A stretch of DNA of 64,000 bases from Octopus vulgaris (GCA_951406725.2 OX597820.1:125860001-125924000), one strand, 5' to 3'; positions 1 to 13,520 are shown, counted from the stretch's first letter. Program-made: numbers and translations. Notes: generated from the letters alone by a model not told the origin.

Positions 1-956
1 TTTCCTAAATTTCTGGCCCACAGTCTGCAGCCCATGGAGAACTAGCCCGATTATCCGTGTGTATGCTGTGTGTATTCTTTTATTTTCCTGTCATGCAAAG
101 TCCTTCTTTGATATACTATGGGTTTATTCAATCTTCTCATAAATATACTTTAAGAATTAACATTTTGTTTAACTTATTCCATGTTATCGATGATAACCTA
201 TCATCTTCTGTACTTGAACTTTTTCACCAATCTGCTTACACCCATCACATTTTATTCGATATCTTTTCGCTTTTCTTCGTCTCATTTCTATATTTTATGT
301 ACTTGTCTCTGCCCTCTACATATTGATTTAAGAATTATTGCTTTCAAGTGCTACATACTTTACGTCAATAAAAAATTCTTTAGAGTTTAGGTTTATTTAC
401 TTATCTTGTAGTATAGATTATTTAACTTATAGTCTAGGTTTAATTTCAATTCCTCAATATATTGCTCGACGCATATAATTTCACAAATTAAACAACTTCC
501 ATTACAGATTAGTGTTCATAAATTTTCCATATTTGTGATATTGTATTTGGAAATTGAAAGAATATGTTACTAACCTCAACATGAAATGTACGATTCTTCG
601 AAGAAGCAAACTTTATGAGTGCAAGAATAAAACCACGATGTTTGTGAAGCTCAGAACCGCTACAAACTACAAAGCATAAAACACATTAGAATCGATATAA
701 ATGTTCATGTAATTCAGAAAGCAAGATCTACTTTTCCCCAAACTGCCGTCTCATTCAGAAGCATCTGATGGTAGTCAGAAAATTAGTTCTACCATCGAAA
801 ACAATGGCACAACACTCCTTTCATCTACACATCATAACATTTTAATAACCCTTAAAGAAATTGCGTGGTTCTCTCCTAACTGTGAACTGCTAAATCTATT
901 GAGTCTATTAATATGCGCATGAATGTATTACCTTATACACACACGCACACACACAT

Positions 957-997
<41 letters not shown>

Positions 998-999
998 AT

Positions 1000-1980
1000 A
1001 GAAATACATGCATCTCCCATACATTTCCACACAACCCAAGAAACAACGAAGCCTTCGACATTATCATCCCAAATCTATCCATTCTCCGAGGACATAAAAC
1101 AATTAACAAAATTTTAGGCTCACAAAAATTATCAAGAGCAAATTACAAGCGAAATCATTGAGAAAATATTAACCGACGCAAGACTTAGTCTATTGACAAC
1201 GGAACCTAAAGTGCAAAAATGTAATCGGCCTAACTGTAGCACATGCCCCCACCTTTTTGGATGGTACAGAGTCCCATTTTAAACAAAGTGAAATATTTAA
1301 GTTTAAATCAAATTTCACCTGTGCCTCGGAAAAATTTATCTGTGCCATTACCTGCTTAGGGTGCGGTAATCAATATATTGGCCAAACAGGAATGTCATCC
1401 GCCAAAGAACAACTCTTCACAAAGAACAAATCCGCCACCCATAATACAGACAAAGACAGGTTAGTGTACACATAGATAGGTGTGCTAGGAATCTTAATCC
1501 TAATTTATAATTTTCCCCTTCGATCAATGTTCACAGAACACCTCAGTGCAGCAAAGAGTGAATAAAGTACCAACGTTGGTCAATATCATCCACAACTTAA
1601 CATGAACACAACATAATACAGAACACTACTAACCTTACCAATAATATCACTAACACCCATACAACCCTTACACCATTTATATTACAGTATTACATCAACC
1701 CTAATTCCAGAACCACTTACCTCCCTGACACAATCTTTTAACTCAGGGACTAGTAGACCTGACACCGTTTGATAATCGGTGCGCATTCAAGTACAGTGAA
1801 CAGCAATGACGATACCGGTTTGACTTTGAATCTCTTTAACAATTCAAAATAATGAATTCAATTCCTCTTAATTCTACCTCAGTTCATCTAATTGTATTTA
1901 TTTATCGCTACTTTTTTATAAAACGAGCCATTATTTGTTTATATTCAATGTGCATTTTCGCTTTCTTTCTTCCTACTTTC
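1000..1980 (+). mobile_element. Penelope-like element (PLE) 3' fragment: degenerate GIY-YIG endonuclease plus 3' non-coding region
   Basis: Frameshifted translation HNPRNNEAFDII...KCNRPNCSTCPHL...NFTCASEKFICAITCLGCGNQYIGQTG matches the PLE Cys-rich linker and GIY-YIG pattern; same family as 35060-35870. Confidence 0.85.
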
Positions 1981-2678
1981 CCTATATATATATGTATGTA
2001 TGTTTGTATGTATACGTATATGTATGTATGTAGAGAGAGAGAGAGAGAGGGTACGAGAGAGAAAGAGAGAGAGAGGGAACGAGAGAGAACGAGAGAGAGA
2101 GAGAACAAATAGTGAGGAATTATCAGTCCGGGAAAATACTTCATAAGCTCTCTGTTAGCAAACCACGCTAATAGTATTACTGAGATTAGTGAAGAACTCC
2201 AGGTAATCTTTTGGTACGGTCACAGATTATGGTTCATCACAATTCTATATTGTACATCCGTGGATGGGATCCGCATAAAATTGTTTTTACATGTATAAGA
2301 AACAAGTTTAAAATAACGGTCATTACATATAATACAGGTCATTAATTATAATTAGTTTATTTGAGAAAATTAGTCATACTGCTGTTTTCATTGGTTTAGT
2401 CAATTGGTCAATTGATCAATTGAGGCAAACTGAACGACCTAAGAAAATTAATGCTACTTTCGTCAGATCCATTTGTAGATAAAAGAAGGAGAGCACTTAA
2501 GGAATGGCTATTGTGTGTGGAACGTTTGGGAGATGGGGATTTCAATTTATCTCAACTGATCAACAGACCAGTTGAGTCGACTTTTCACCAATGTACTTAT
2601 AATGACAACCGGAAACAGCTGTAAACGAAATTTGTTCAAATAAAAGAATTATGTAATGGCCATAATTTTTAACTTATT

Positions 2679-2765
<87 letters not shown>

Positions 2766-2784
2766 CGTGTGTGTGTGTGTGTAT

Positions 2785-3085
2785 GGAGGCGCAATGGCCC
2801 AGTGGTTAGGGCAGCGGACTCGCGGTCGTAGGATCGCGATTTCGATTCTCAGACCGGGCGTTGTGAGAGTTTATTGAGCGAAAACGCCTAAAGCTCCACG
2901 AGTCTCCGGCAGGGAAGGGGGGGACATCTCTGCTGTACTCTTTCGCCACAAATTTCTCTCACTCTTTCTTCTGTTGGCCTGCTCGTTTAACCTGCGGGGT
3001 GGCGTCATTTGAAAACAATGCAAAGCGCATTGTGACCGGCGATGTGTAGCACCATCTGATAGCCTGGTCGGTCACGGGGATCACG

Positions 3086-3090
<5 letters not shown>
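2785..3090 (+). mobile_element. tRNA-derived SINE (family 1)
   Basis: GGAGGCGCAATGGCCCAGTGGTTAG head with A box and B-box-like GATTTCGATTC; lies between microsatellites. Confidence 0.8.
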
Positions 3091-3132
<42 letters not shown>

Positions 3133-3579
3133 GTGTGCCTAAGTACGTTCCTGTTACTAACCTCATTATGACGATGGTGTTTTCCTGATTTCAGTTTATT
3201 ATGTTAACATTGATTAATTAACATATTATGGGAGAAACCTCCTATTACCTTGTGAAAGCCTTGGGAAAAGAAACGGCTAGGGGAGCCAAAACAAGTAGTG
3301 GAATCACTTAGGCATTTCTGTATTTTCCTTGACACCGATCAGGTATCTCCGGGGTTCGTGTCAACTCTACTCTATGCTCTATGACCTACAGGTTGCTGAA
3401 AGCCCTCTCCTCTTTAGCCCGCTGATCCATTCTGTTCAGACCTCCAAGTCTAAAGACTTTAAAAGTAATAAGTACTGCATTGTTGGGGAAAATACTAGAG
3501 TTATAGATACTAGATGGTACTGACAGGCGCATCTCAACTATTTATTTAGGCTATGCCACTCTTCTTGTTCTTTGTACAA

Positions 3580-4070
3580 TGACGACTGCAGTCGACTAAA
3601 CCGGCAACCCCACCAAGCTTCCTTGGTATGGAAGGTGTTTACTGGACACCGTGCGGGATGAAAAACAAAACCCGTCAAAAGGCAGGGGAACTTTTGAGAG
3701 TCAACGGCCATCCAATAAATGTCTTAAGGCTGTATCATGCGCGGGGACATAGAAATAATCGAACTGAATACCCGATCGCGCGGTCATTGGGAGTGAAGGA
3801 GTCCTAGCCTTTGTTAGGGCATCCTTCTAGGAGAAGGTAACTCAGGTAACTGGGATAACTCCGACATAAAACCTGCGGCTCTGTGGTTACCGATGATGTT
3901 GACTTGTTCTTCTTTTCGGATTATGGCTGCTGTTGCTTAGTGAGTCGGATTGACTCATTACACAGCCTTTCCGCACTTTAAAAAAATCTTCTTGCACAGG
4001 CATTGCATGATAACATCATTGATTAAGCTTTGTGTAATGGCCATACTCGATAATGAGGGGGCAGCATCCA
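3580..4070 (+). repeat. GC-enriched interspersed-repeat-like segment, possibly a non-LTR (RTE-like) 5' UTR remnant
   Basis: GC-rich island in AT-rich context; contains GGGCATCCTTCTAGGAGAAGGTAACTC, reminiscent of RTE 5'-UTR motifs (from memory, unverified). Confidence 0.3.
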
Positions 4071-5035
4071 TGTATGTATGTAAGCATATATAAAACAATC
4101 AATTTATTTCAGGAGAAAATCACGCAATATAAATACCTATAAATATGAGATATATGAATTATGTGTGCATTTTTAAGAATCTATGAATGCATCGAGGTAT
4201 TAAGTGGCTCGTAAACTACCAGTGTGAAACCGAATATCAGCGGACACACAATGGACGCACAAAGTAGCTGACGACGCAAACACAGTGACAGTGTAGTACA
4301 CAAGAATTTATGGAGAATCTTTCATCAGTAACCCATTCGGAAATTGTACATCCTCATTAAAAGACAAATTTAAAATAATTTCAGCAGTTTCAATCATGAT
4401 GGGCTACATATTATAAAATGTTATATATTTGAAATCATTAGGGATATATTATTCTGAGTCAACGAAAGAATATTACGGGCAGTTTGACGCTATATGACAC
4501 GCTGAATAACTCTGGTCGTCTCAGTGTTTCGACTACTTCCATATTGTTAACGCTGCACTATCAAGCTATCAAGCGGCGAACTTATTTTCATTGAAAAGAT
4601 GTATTTCTGTATTATTTCACAGCTGATATCAATATCTAAGAAGTCAAAAGAATAAACAATACTAGTTCATTCTAACAAATACTCTTGGCATTCATTCTCA
4701 CAAAATGAGAGTCGACGGTTTTATTTCAAATATGAAAGGAAAGTTTACGTCTTGTTCACTTAAAATTCTACTTTATCACGCCGAACATTTGAATATAACC
4801 CAGATGTAACCAAACGTGAAATTAATTGCTATAGTGGAAATGATTATATTATTTTCTGAGTCGAACTTTAAATAAATCTGACGCATTATCAAATAATTTC
4901 ACGTTGTTAGATCTCCTGAATTCCAGACTGGACAACTGACAAGTAGTAGGATAATGTATGTCCGCATACATACGTACATATATAATACACACACACACAC
5001 ACAGATATATATATATATATGTATATATATATGTG

Positions 5036-5120
<85 letters not shown>

Positions 5121-5141
5121 GTATGTATGTATGTATGTATA

Positions 5142-6592
5142 CACCCGGAATCACGCTAATAGCTTACGAGTGAAATTTAGGGTGTCTCTTTTTTCTGTGA
5201 ATGGATTTTGCTGGTTTGGTTTGCACCCTATGGCAACATCATCGTTATATTCTCATTATTCTGTGTAACGTCTTTTATTTCAGATTCTTCCGTTATGGGG
5301 TGAACCATGCTAACAGCGTCTTAACGAAAATGCCTTAACGATGAAGAAAATTTGTCATCATCAAGTAAAGTGTTAAAGGCATCCCTTTTCATGTGATTGA
5401 GGAAAAGTTAGGTCGTCACGTGGACACGGTTAGACGATTCGATTGTGGGACCTCCGAAACTGTGATAGTTAAGGATTCAAGGAATATTGGCCGCAAGTTA
5501 TGTGAGAAACTTAGACAAACAAGCAAAACCATTTTCACCTCCTCTCGACTTCGTCATGTACCGAAAACCACAAGAAATCACGTCCTCAAGAGCATGTTCC
5601 CGTGCAAGAACATCTTAAACTGCCTCCTTTAACGTCCTGTGACAGGGACTTGAGGCTTTAATGGGCCCCAATGTGCATGAAGTTAGACATGAGTTGTGTT
5701 CTGCTCGCTGACGAAACCTGGGCGAACTTCGATGGACGCGGCGGTTGGAGATGAGCATCACTAACGTTTTCGACGTCAACAACAGGGTGTTGGTGACATG
5801 CTGTGGGCTGGCATCATTGGGAACAAACTTGTGGGCCCAGTTAAATTGCCTGAAGTTGTTAAAGGGACCGCAGTCGCCTACTGCAATCACCTGAAGGAGG
5901 TCTTCGATCTCCGGCTAGATGATATACTGCTGTCACTTCTAAGGAATCTCGTATTCATGCATGACAAGGCTACCTCCACTCTGCTAGGACCACCCAAACA
6001 CTACTAGAGTCTTACGGCATACCATGTGAAATGTTGATGGTGTGGCCGCCAACATCTCTGGATCTCAACCCTATCGAAAATCTTTGGTTCATCATTAAAC
6101 AAAATGTTTATGCCGATGGACGCCAACTTACGTCGAAAGATGTCTTATGGGTGACCATCAAGGCTGCAGCAGAGTCAGTCCATCCTGCTACTATTAAGAA
6201 GTTAGCAGATTCCATGACTAATAGGGCTTTTGAAGTTATCCGTCAAAATGGCGTTCCTGTGGCTAAATAATTCATTACGTCAATAAAGGTTGTTATTATG
6301 GTTTTCTGTTAAATATGTACCCAGGGAATGTTTAATATGTATCATTATCATTCATTTTCAGAAAAACAATGTCTAGATGGGTCATTTACATTCAAAAGCT
6401 AATAGCGTAGTTCACGCAGGAACTGAAAGATCTGAAATAAAACATTAAAAAACGAAGGACATTACACAGAATATTGTAAACATAACAATGGCTTTGCTAT
6501 AGTGTGAAAACCAGCCGGGAAAAGTTTTACCAAAATCAATTCACAGAGAAATCCTAAATTTCACTCCTAAGATATTATCGTGATTCTGGGTG
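5142..6592 (+). mobile_element. Tc1-family DNA transposon with both TIRs and a decayed transposase
   Basis: TIRs CACCCGGAATCACGCTAATAGCTTACGAGTGAAATTTAGG / CCTAAATTTCACTCCTAAGATATTATCGTGATTCTGGGTG flanked by TA; motifs WAGIIG, FMHDKA, WPPTSLDLNPIENLW. Confidence 0.9.
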
Positions 6593-6628
6593 TATATATA
6601 TATAAATAAATAAATATATATATATATA

Positions 6629-7042
6629 GGCGCAGGGGTGGCTGTGTGGTAAGTAGCTTGTCTACCAACCACATGGTTCCGGGTCCAGTCTCACTGCGTG
6701 GCACCTTGGGCAAGTGTCTTCTACTATAGCCTCGGGCCGACCAAAGCCTTGTGAGTGGATTTGGTAGACGGAAACTGTAAGAAGCCCGTCGTATATATGT
6801 ATATATATATATATGCGTGTGTGTGTTTGTGTGTCTGTGTTTGTCCCCCTAGCATTGCTTGACAGCCGATGCTGGTGTGTTTATGTCCCCGTTACTTAAC
6901 GGTTCGGCAAAAGAGACCGATAGAATAAGTACTGGGCTTACAAAAGAATAAGTCCCGTGGTCGAGTTGCTCGATTAAAGGCGTTACTCCAGCATGGCCGC
7001 AGTCAAATGACTGAAACAAGTAAAAGAGTAAAGAGTAAAAGA

Positions 7043-7043
<1 letters not shown>
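6629..7043 (+). mobile_element. tRNA-derived SINE (family 2), full length
   Basis: GGCGCAGGGGTGGCTGTGTGGTAAG head, internal microsatellite, GACTGAAACAAGTAAAAGAG tail; several homologous copies in the window. Confidence 0.85.
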
Positions 7044-7100
<57 letters not shown>

Positions 7101-7204
7101 GTATATATGTATATATGTATATACGTATATATGTATATATATATATACATATACATATATTCATATATATATAAATTAAAATGTATAGTAAATAAATATA
7201 CTAC

Positions 7205-7580
7205 ATAATGTATACAGAGAGTAAAGCCGGACGAGAGACAAACACAGGTCTTTAATTATTCATCAGTTATCAACCAATTGCTAATACAGTTTCACGCCTT
7301 TATTTATAAGACTCAGAGCTTTACAATTGGCGGCGCCGGCAAAAGAAATTCTCTTTGCTGAGAATTTAGGGTCGAGAGCAAACAAAACAAGATAAAGATC
7401 TCGGCCTTGAATTCTCCGCAAAAAAGAATTGTTTTTTGTGGGCGCCGCCAAATGTGAAGCTCTCAGTTTTATACTTAAAGGTGCGAAACTGTGTATTAGC
7501 AATTGGATGATAACTGTTGTTGAAGAATTAGGGACTTTCTGTGTTTGTCATCCGGTCTTACTCTCAGTACACGTTCTGTC
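7205..7580. repeat. Long imperfect foldback (inverted repeat) element, ~175-bp arms
   Basis: Arms pair, e.g. GAGCTTTACAATTGGCGGCGCC / GGCGCCGCCAAATGTGAAGCTC and AATTGCTAATACAGTTTC / GAAACTGTGTATTAGCAATT. Confidence 0.85.
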
Positions 7581-7639
7581 GTATGTTTATTAAGCATACG
7601 TTTTCTTATTTATCAAATATTGGAAATTAACAAATACCG

Positions 7640-7840
7640 AAATTGTAAATATTGACCGCTAAATCCACAAGTTTTCTATTCTCTTTCTGTATATTTTCAC
7701 TTATTCCCTTCAGTTGAAAAGCACAGGCTCGAAATATGAAAGACTTTTTCACTTTCCCGAGCATCAAAATGTTACACCTGCTTGTTGTTTACACACCCGT
7801 CTTCGTCCTTTGTTGTGTTTTTTGTTTTTTTAATTCTCAA
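7640..7840 (+). mobile_element. Degenerate copy of short HHR-bearing element, family A' (HHR relic at 7707-7742)
   Basis: CCTTCAGTTGAAAAGCACAGGCTCGAAATATGAAAGACTTTTTC aligns with the copies at 32134 and 51249, as does the downstream tail. Confidence 0.65.
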
Positions 7841-7881
7841 TATATACATATATTTATAAGACTGCCATATTAGTATGGCGA

Positions 7882-7957
<76 letters not shown>

Positions 7958-8105
7958 ATCAAAATAAGCAAGAAGAATAACTTCGGTAATTTGTTGCTTA
8001 TTTTGATTATAATCACCCCATGGATTTATATGGATAACACCATACAGAATTCTGGTGCATCTAACTTAAGTACCATATTCATTTGAATCTGTATATATAT
8101 ACAAA

Positions 8106-8150
<45 letters not shown>

Positions 8151-8189
8151 GGAGAGTGTGAGAGAGAGGCAGGCAGACATACAGACAGA

Positions 8190-8470
<281 letters not shown>

Positions 8471-8786
8471 ATGTACATATTGTATACGAAAAGACAGACT
8501 GACAGACTGTCAGAGATATAGCTAATATTATTTATCGGGCTGTGGCTATTCTGAAACACCAGTAAATCTTTAGTCAATCAGATCATTCACCATACTTACT
8601 TCAATTTATTCTTATTTCCTTATTTTCGTCAGTTCTTTTTGTCGAACCACTAGGGTTGTGATAACGTAAACAAATCGAAACCGGTTGTCGAGCAGCGAGG
8701 GTCAAAGCCAATGACGTATGCGTCCATTGATTTGATTATAAACTCTCACAGCATTGGTGTTCCTGAAGTTATATTAGTATTAACTA

Positions 8787-9019
8787 GGGCGGCGAGCTGG
8801 CAGAATCGTTAGCACGCCGGGCGAAATGCGTAGCCGTATTTCGTCTGCCGTTACGTTCTGAGTTCAAATTCCGCCGAGGTCGACTTTGTCTTTCATCCTT
8901 TCGGGGTCGTTAAATTAAGTACCAGTTACGCACTGGGGTCGATATAATCGACTCAATCCGTTTGTCTGTCCTTTGTTTGTCCCCTCTGTGTTTAGCCCCC
9001 TGTGGGCAATAAAGAAATA
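8787..9019 (+). mobile_element. tRNA-derived SINE (family 3) with 17-bp target-site duplication
   Basis: GGCGGCGAGCTGGCAGAATCGTTAG head, B-box-like GAGTTCAAATTCC; TSD TATATTAGTATTAACTA at 8770-8786 and 9020-9036. Confidence 0.9.
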
Positions 9020-10149
9020 TATATTAGTATTAACTAACATTTGGTTAGGTGACTTGTAATTTCTGATCACTTATATGACTTGACATACAGCGGTTCTGTT
9101 CACAGTGCAGTTGAAAGTAAATATCAGATTTTTACGACAAACGTGCCATATTCAGAGGTAAATCTCCTTATCTACTTACAATCAAGGCTTAAAAAGTCAT
9201 CGTTTCATTTACTCACAATTTGCAGGAAACGGTATTAAAAGCCAGTCCTGCGAAATATTCACTTCTAAATAAAGAAAAGAATTATCATATCTACTTGTCA
9301 CTCTTTTGTCATCTTTCCACATCAAATCAACCTTAGATTCTACAAAATGTTACTTATTGGTGTTATTTTTGTTGTTCGTAATAGAATGGAAGTTTGCAAC
9401 GAGCCGATTCGATAGGATGCCTGTCTACTGACAAAATGTTCGTTTCATGTTTTTGGTTCAGTCTACATTGCTACTAGTTACAACTCACACTATAATCTGA
9501 AAAATTACTAAATATCTTAAATACAAATTTCTTAAAATCTTGAGTCTTTTACCATGTAACAAAATAATATCTACGATAAAAGTGCTAATTCTGTGATAAT
9601 ATTTTTAAAAATTCACCGACGTTAAAGATGGAAATATGAAGACGATGGAGACGAATGACCTTTCCCAAGATTTTCGAAACGTAGGATGGGAAGAGAATGA
9701 ATTATCGGGACAATCAAAAGAGCCAGTGTGCTGGTACAGATTCGGAGAAAGACACTTACGACTAAGTACGGAGATTAAATAGAAAGAGGTAGGAAAATAT
9801 GTATATAGAGCACACGATGCCCTTCCAACAAGCATCCACAAGAAAATTACTTTATCAATCACAAACTAAGAAAATATTTGCTGAAATATCGGTTGCTCAG
9901 AAATTTTGAGAGAAAAGTTTTTGTTAGTTTTGTATGCTGATGTCATATTATGTGTTTCATTTTTAGATGCATGGCTTTCGTTAAACAGTTATTTCTTGAT
10001 ACACTATATGACAAGGAAATTTGCAAAACAACGTATTGCCCTGTTTTGCAAATTGATTAGACCAAGTGCTCCGAGCGCGTAAATTAATGTGAGACCTAGC
10101 TGTGTTATGAAAACCTACCTAGACACGGGTCTAGGTAGGTTTTCATAAG

Positions 10150-11110
10150 ATCCCCTGCCTTTTCATACCTAGGAATGAGACTGTAAAAAACCAAACAGCT
10201 GAATTTAGGAGGGAAACATGAAGCAAGGACTAAGCATCCTCCAAATACCACGATCGAGGAAAGTTTTGATCGTGCTCACCATATAGTGATGGATGGCAGG
10301 TGATTCTCTATAAATCAAATATTTAATATTATTATCATTTCCCGTGAAAGAATCGAGAATATTCTGTAGAATGGACTTGGTATGATGAAGGTTCCTGCTG
10401 CTAAGGGCCACGTCTTCTGACACCTGATCAAAAGCGTACCAGGTCGATAATTCCAAAGGAAACTTTGACATTATTTGAGGCACATCCAGCTGGTTCACTC
10501 GAAAGTTTCTTAACCCTGTATGAGTATTGATTTGATCACTTTGAGCCAAAGACGAAGCGAGAATCTATACGATGAAAACACCCCTCTTCACCTGCCACAA
10601 AGAAGGCCAAGCTCGTTTCATCTGCAGGAGAGCTTATGGCCTCAGATTTGGGGGATGCAAAATTCTTTGTGTTTATTGACTATATTCAAAAGGACAGCAC
10701 CACCTGTAGAGATTTCAATACCAACTTGCTGAGGCAATCATGAAAGTCTATCGAGACCAAACGCCTAGGAAAACTGACGAAGCGGGTTTTGTTTCATCAA
10801 GTCAATGTTCCAGCTCATAAGTCCTTAGTTTCAATGGCTGCTGTACGTGACAGTGCATTTGGACAGGTTGATCATCCTCCCTATTCTTCTGATTTGGCCC
10901 CAATCTATCACCTGTTCCCCAACACTAAAAAATACCTGGCTGGGAACCATTGTCAGAGTGATGACATCATATCTGTTATTAATAATTGTTAATAACACGA
11001 TGAAAGCATTAATAATAATGGAATCCAAGCACTGCAACGGCAACGAAGGAAGTTTTTGAGCGATAAGGGGCAGTCTATGAACATTTAGTCAGTCTATGAA
11101 CATTTCAGTT
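10150..11110 (+). mobile_element. Decayed mariner transposase
   Basis: FHQVNVPAH and HPPYSSDLAP motifs (mariner HDNARPH / YSPDLAP); many stops and frameshifts. Confidence 0.8.
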
Positions 11111-11442
11111 AGCCATCATAGATATCTAAATCGAGGGACAAATAGATAGGGAGAGAGATAGAGAAAAAGGGTCAAACAGACAGACAGACACACGGACGAA
11201 CGGACGAACGGACGGACGGACGGACAAACAGACAGACAGACAGACAGACAGATGGATAGATAGATAGATTGACAAAACCGCAATTTTGTCTATCATTCAT
11301 TTCAGTAATATAAAAATGAAGGTCAGTGACCTGGGAAAACACTTCGCAAAACCTAGGCTGGTTTGTAGTACCGCTTCTGTATATATGTATGTATTTATAA
11401 ATGTGCGTGAGCGTATGTATGTATGTATGTATACACTACATG

Positions 11443-11514
<72 letters not shown>

Positions 11515-11913
11515 TATAAATATATGTATATATATATATACGCATATAAATATATGTATATACATATATGAATACATACATGGATACACATGTTTATATA
11601 TGCGCAGAAAGGTTAACATGCAAGTTAAAAGTATTGAGTAGAGCATAAATAGTCATGGCTTTGTGACTCTGTGATCGATAATATTAAAATGTGTTTGAGT
11701 TTACGAACTACTTGCTTTCTTTCCCAAGCATCATTAATAAGCTTCCAGTCGTACTCATCAGTATTTTAACCTCTAATGCCCAAAGCAATACAGTTATTCG
11801 CTGCTCGTACGAAAAATACCTCCAGAGAAATCACTGAAATTCATTTATCTAAATTAGTGTTCAGTGCCAATATATCGGAAAGTTTTATAAATGCTTATGA
11901 TATGTGCCTGTGT

Positions 11914-11984
<71 letters not shown>

Positions 11985-12177
11985 GAAAGAGAGAGAGAGA
12001 GAAAGAGGGAGAGATAGAGATAGGTAGATAAGTAGATGCATTTATAGATAAAGAGAGAGATATACATTGACATCAACATGTGTGTCTGCGCGTGTGTGTG
12101 ATTGAGTGTGTGTGTATGTGTGTATGTATAAAACTACGTGCACATAAACATACACACATACATGTCGCTAGATACAC

Positions 12178-12219
<42 letters not shown>

Positions 12220-12293
12220 GTTTTTTATATTATACATATATACATCCTCCCACACTCCCACACATATATTCCAATACATATATACTTATTGAC

Positions 12294-12441
12294 TTTGTGG
12301 TAAAAAGCTTGCTTCCAAACCATATGGTTCTGGTTTCAGTCCTACTGCGTAGCATCTTGGGCAAGTCTTCTACTATCGCCTCGGATCTACCAATGCCTTG
12401 AAAGTGCATTTGGTTGACGGAAACTGAAAGAAGCCCGTCAT
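12294..12441 (+). mobile_element. SINE family 2, 5' half
   Basis: Homologous to 6640-6792. Confidence 0.75.
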
Positions 12442-12488
12442 ATATACATATATATATGTATATATATGTATATATATGTATATGTATA

Positions 12489-12549
<61 letters not shown>

Positions 12550-12629
12550 GTATACATACATCCTCCCACACCCCCATACATATATTCCAGTATTGGCATC
12601 AAAGATAAAGTAGTACGTAACCACTCTTG

Positions 12630-13140
12630 TGTTGATCAGGATAATAAGAAACCTAAATATAGGTTTATTTGTCTCACCCCTCCCTGCTTCTTCCCTTAAT
12701 ATAAAAACTAATATTGGCAAATTATTCCTGTCTCTCTCCTAGACATACTTTCTAGCCACTCACAGAAACAGGAAAATACTTAACAGGTGCACTGTGAATA
12801 TATGATATTGCTACTGCCCTAATACGAAGAGTATCATTACATGTGGTCAATAGCAAGAGCCTGAACCCAGGTGCAACTGTCGTGATCCAGAATGCTGTCC
12901 GCTTGATCAACAATATGACTAAATCTATCATATATGAAGCAGAAGTTATAGCAACCCTAAATAATAATACAACTGACAGGAAGGCCTATATTGGATTATG
13001 TAAGGTGAATACAAAAATCGCTATTCCAGTCACATGGCTTCCATCGGACATAGGTACAAAAGGAAAGCTACTAAGTTGGCTAGCTACGTATGGACTTCGA
13101 AAGATAACGAAACACTAGTTTTGACTTTAAGAGCTCCTCA
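12630..13140 (+). mobile_element. PLE fragment (post-RT linker plus GIY-YIG), decayed
   Basis: [20 protein letters not shown]...KILNRCTVNI..CPNTKSII and SIIYEAEV...KAYIGLC resemble PLE WFNPP..KTNIG and GIY-YIG motifs. Confidence 0.75.
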
Positions 13141-13248
13141 TAGCGTGAGGCATTTATGTGTATAGTTGCCCTTAATATATATATATTTATATATGTGTGT
13201 GTATACATAAACGCACACACATACATACACACATATATCTACATATAG

Positions 13249-13311
<63 letters not shown>

Positions 13312-13319
13312 GTAAATCT

Positions 13320-13520
13320 CGCCCCCGAAAAAAAGAAAGACAAACACAACAAGAAAAGACGTGAGGCAGTGGTACATGTAAATTATTAGCAGACGCTGAG
13401 GGAAGGAAAGAAAGGTAGTTTTACGTTTCGAGCAAAGTTCTTCGTCAGAAACAGGAGACATAGGAAATTACAAGAGAAAAGGAGTACGGATGTGACACCG
13501 ACCCAGTATACATATATAAG
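13320..13520 (-). mobile_element. Short non-coding HHR-bearing element, family A
   Basis: Homologous to 24915-25130 and 62915-63080; flanked by (TA)n. Confidence 0.75.
13418..13452 (-). ncRNA. Minimal type I hammerhead ribozyme-like motif
   Basis: GUUU-CUGACGA-A-GAAC uuu GCUC-GAAA-CG-UA-AAAC; stem I GUUU/AAAC, one mismatch in stem II. Confidence 0.7.

Noticed and set aside
2785-2860. tRNA-like sequence as a tRNA gene
   Set aside because: No complete cloverleaf; continues into a SINE body
3846-3900. TAACTCCG as the start of a twister ribozyme
   Set aside because: The downstream GGTCCCAAGCCC-type twister elements are absent
9620-9785. Purine-rich short open frame on the + strand
   Set aside because: No recognisable homology or convincing splice sites
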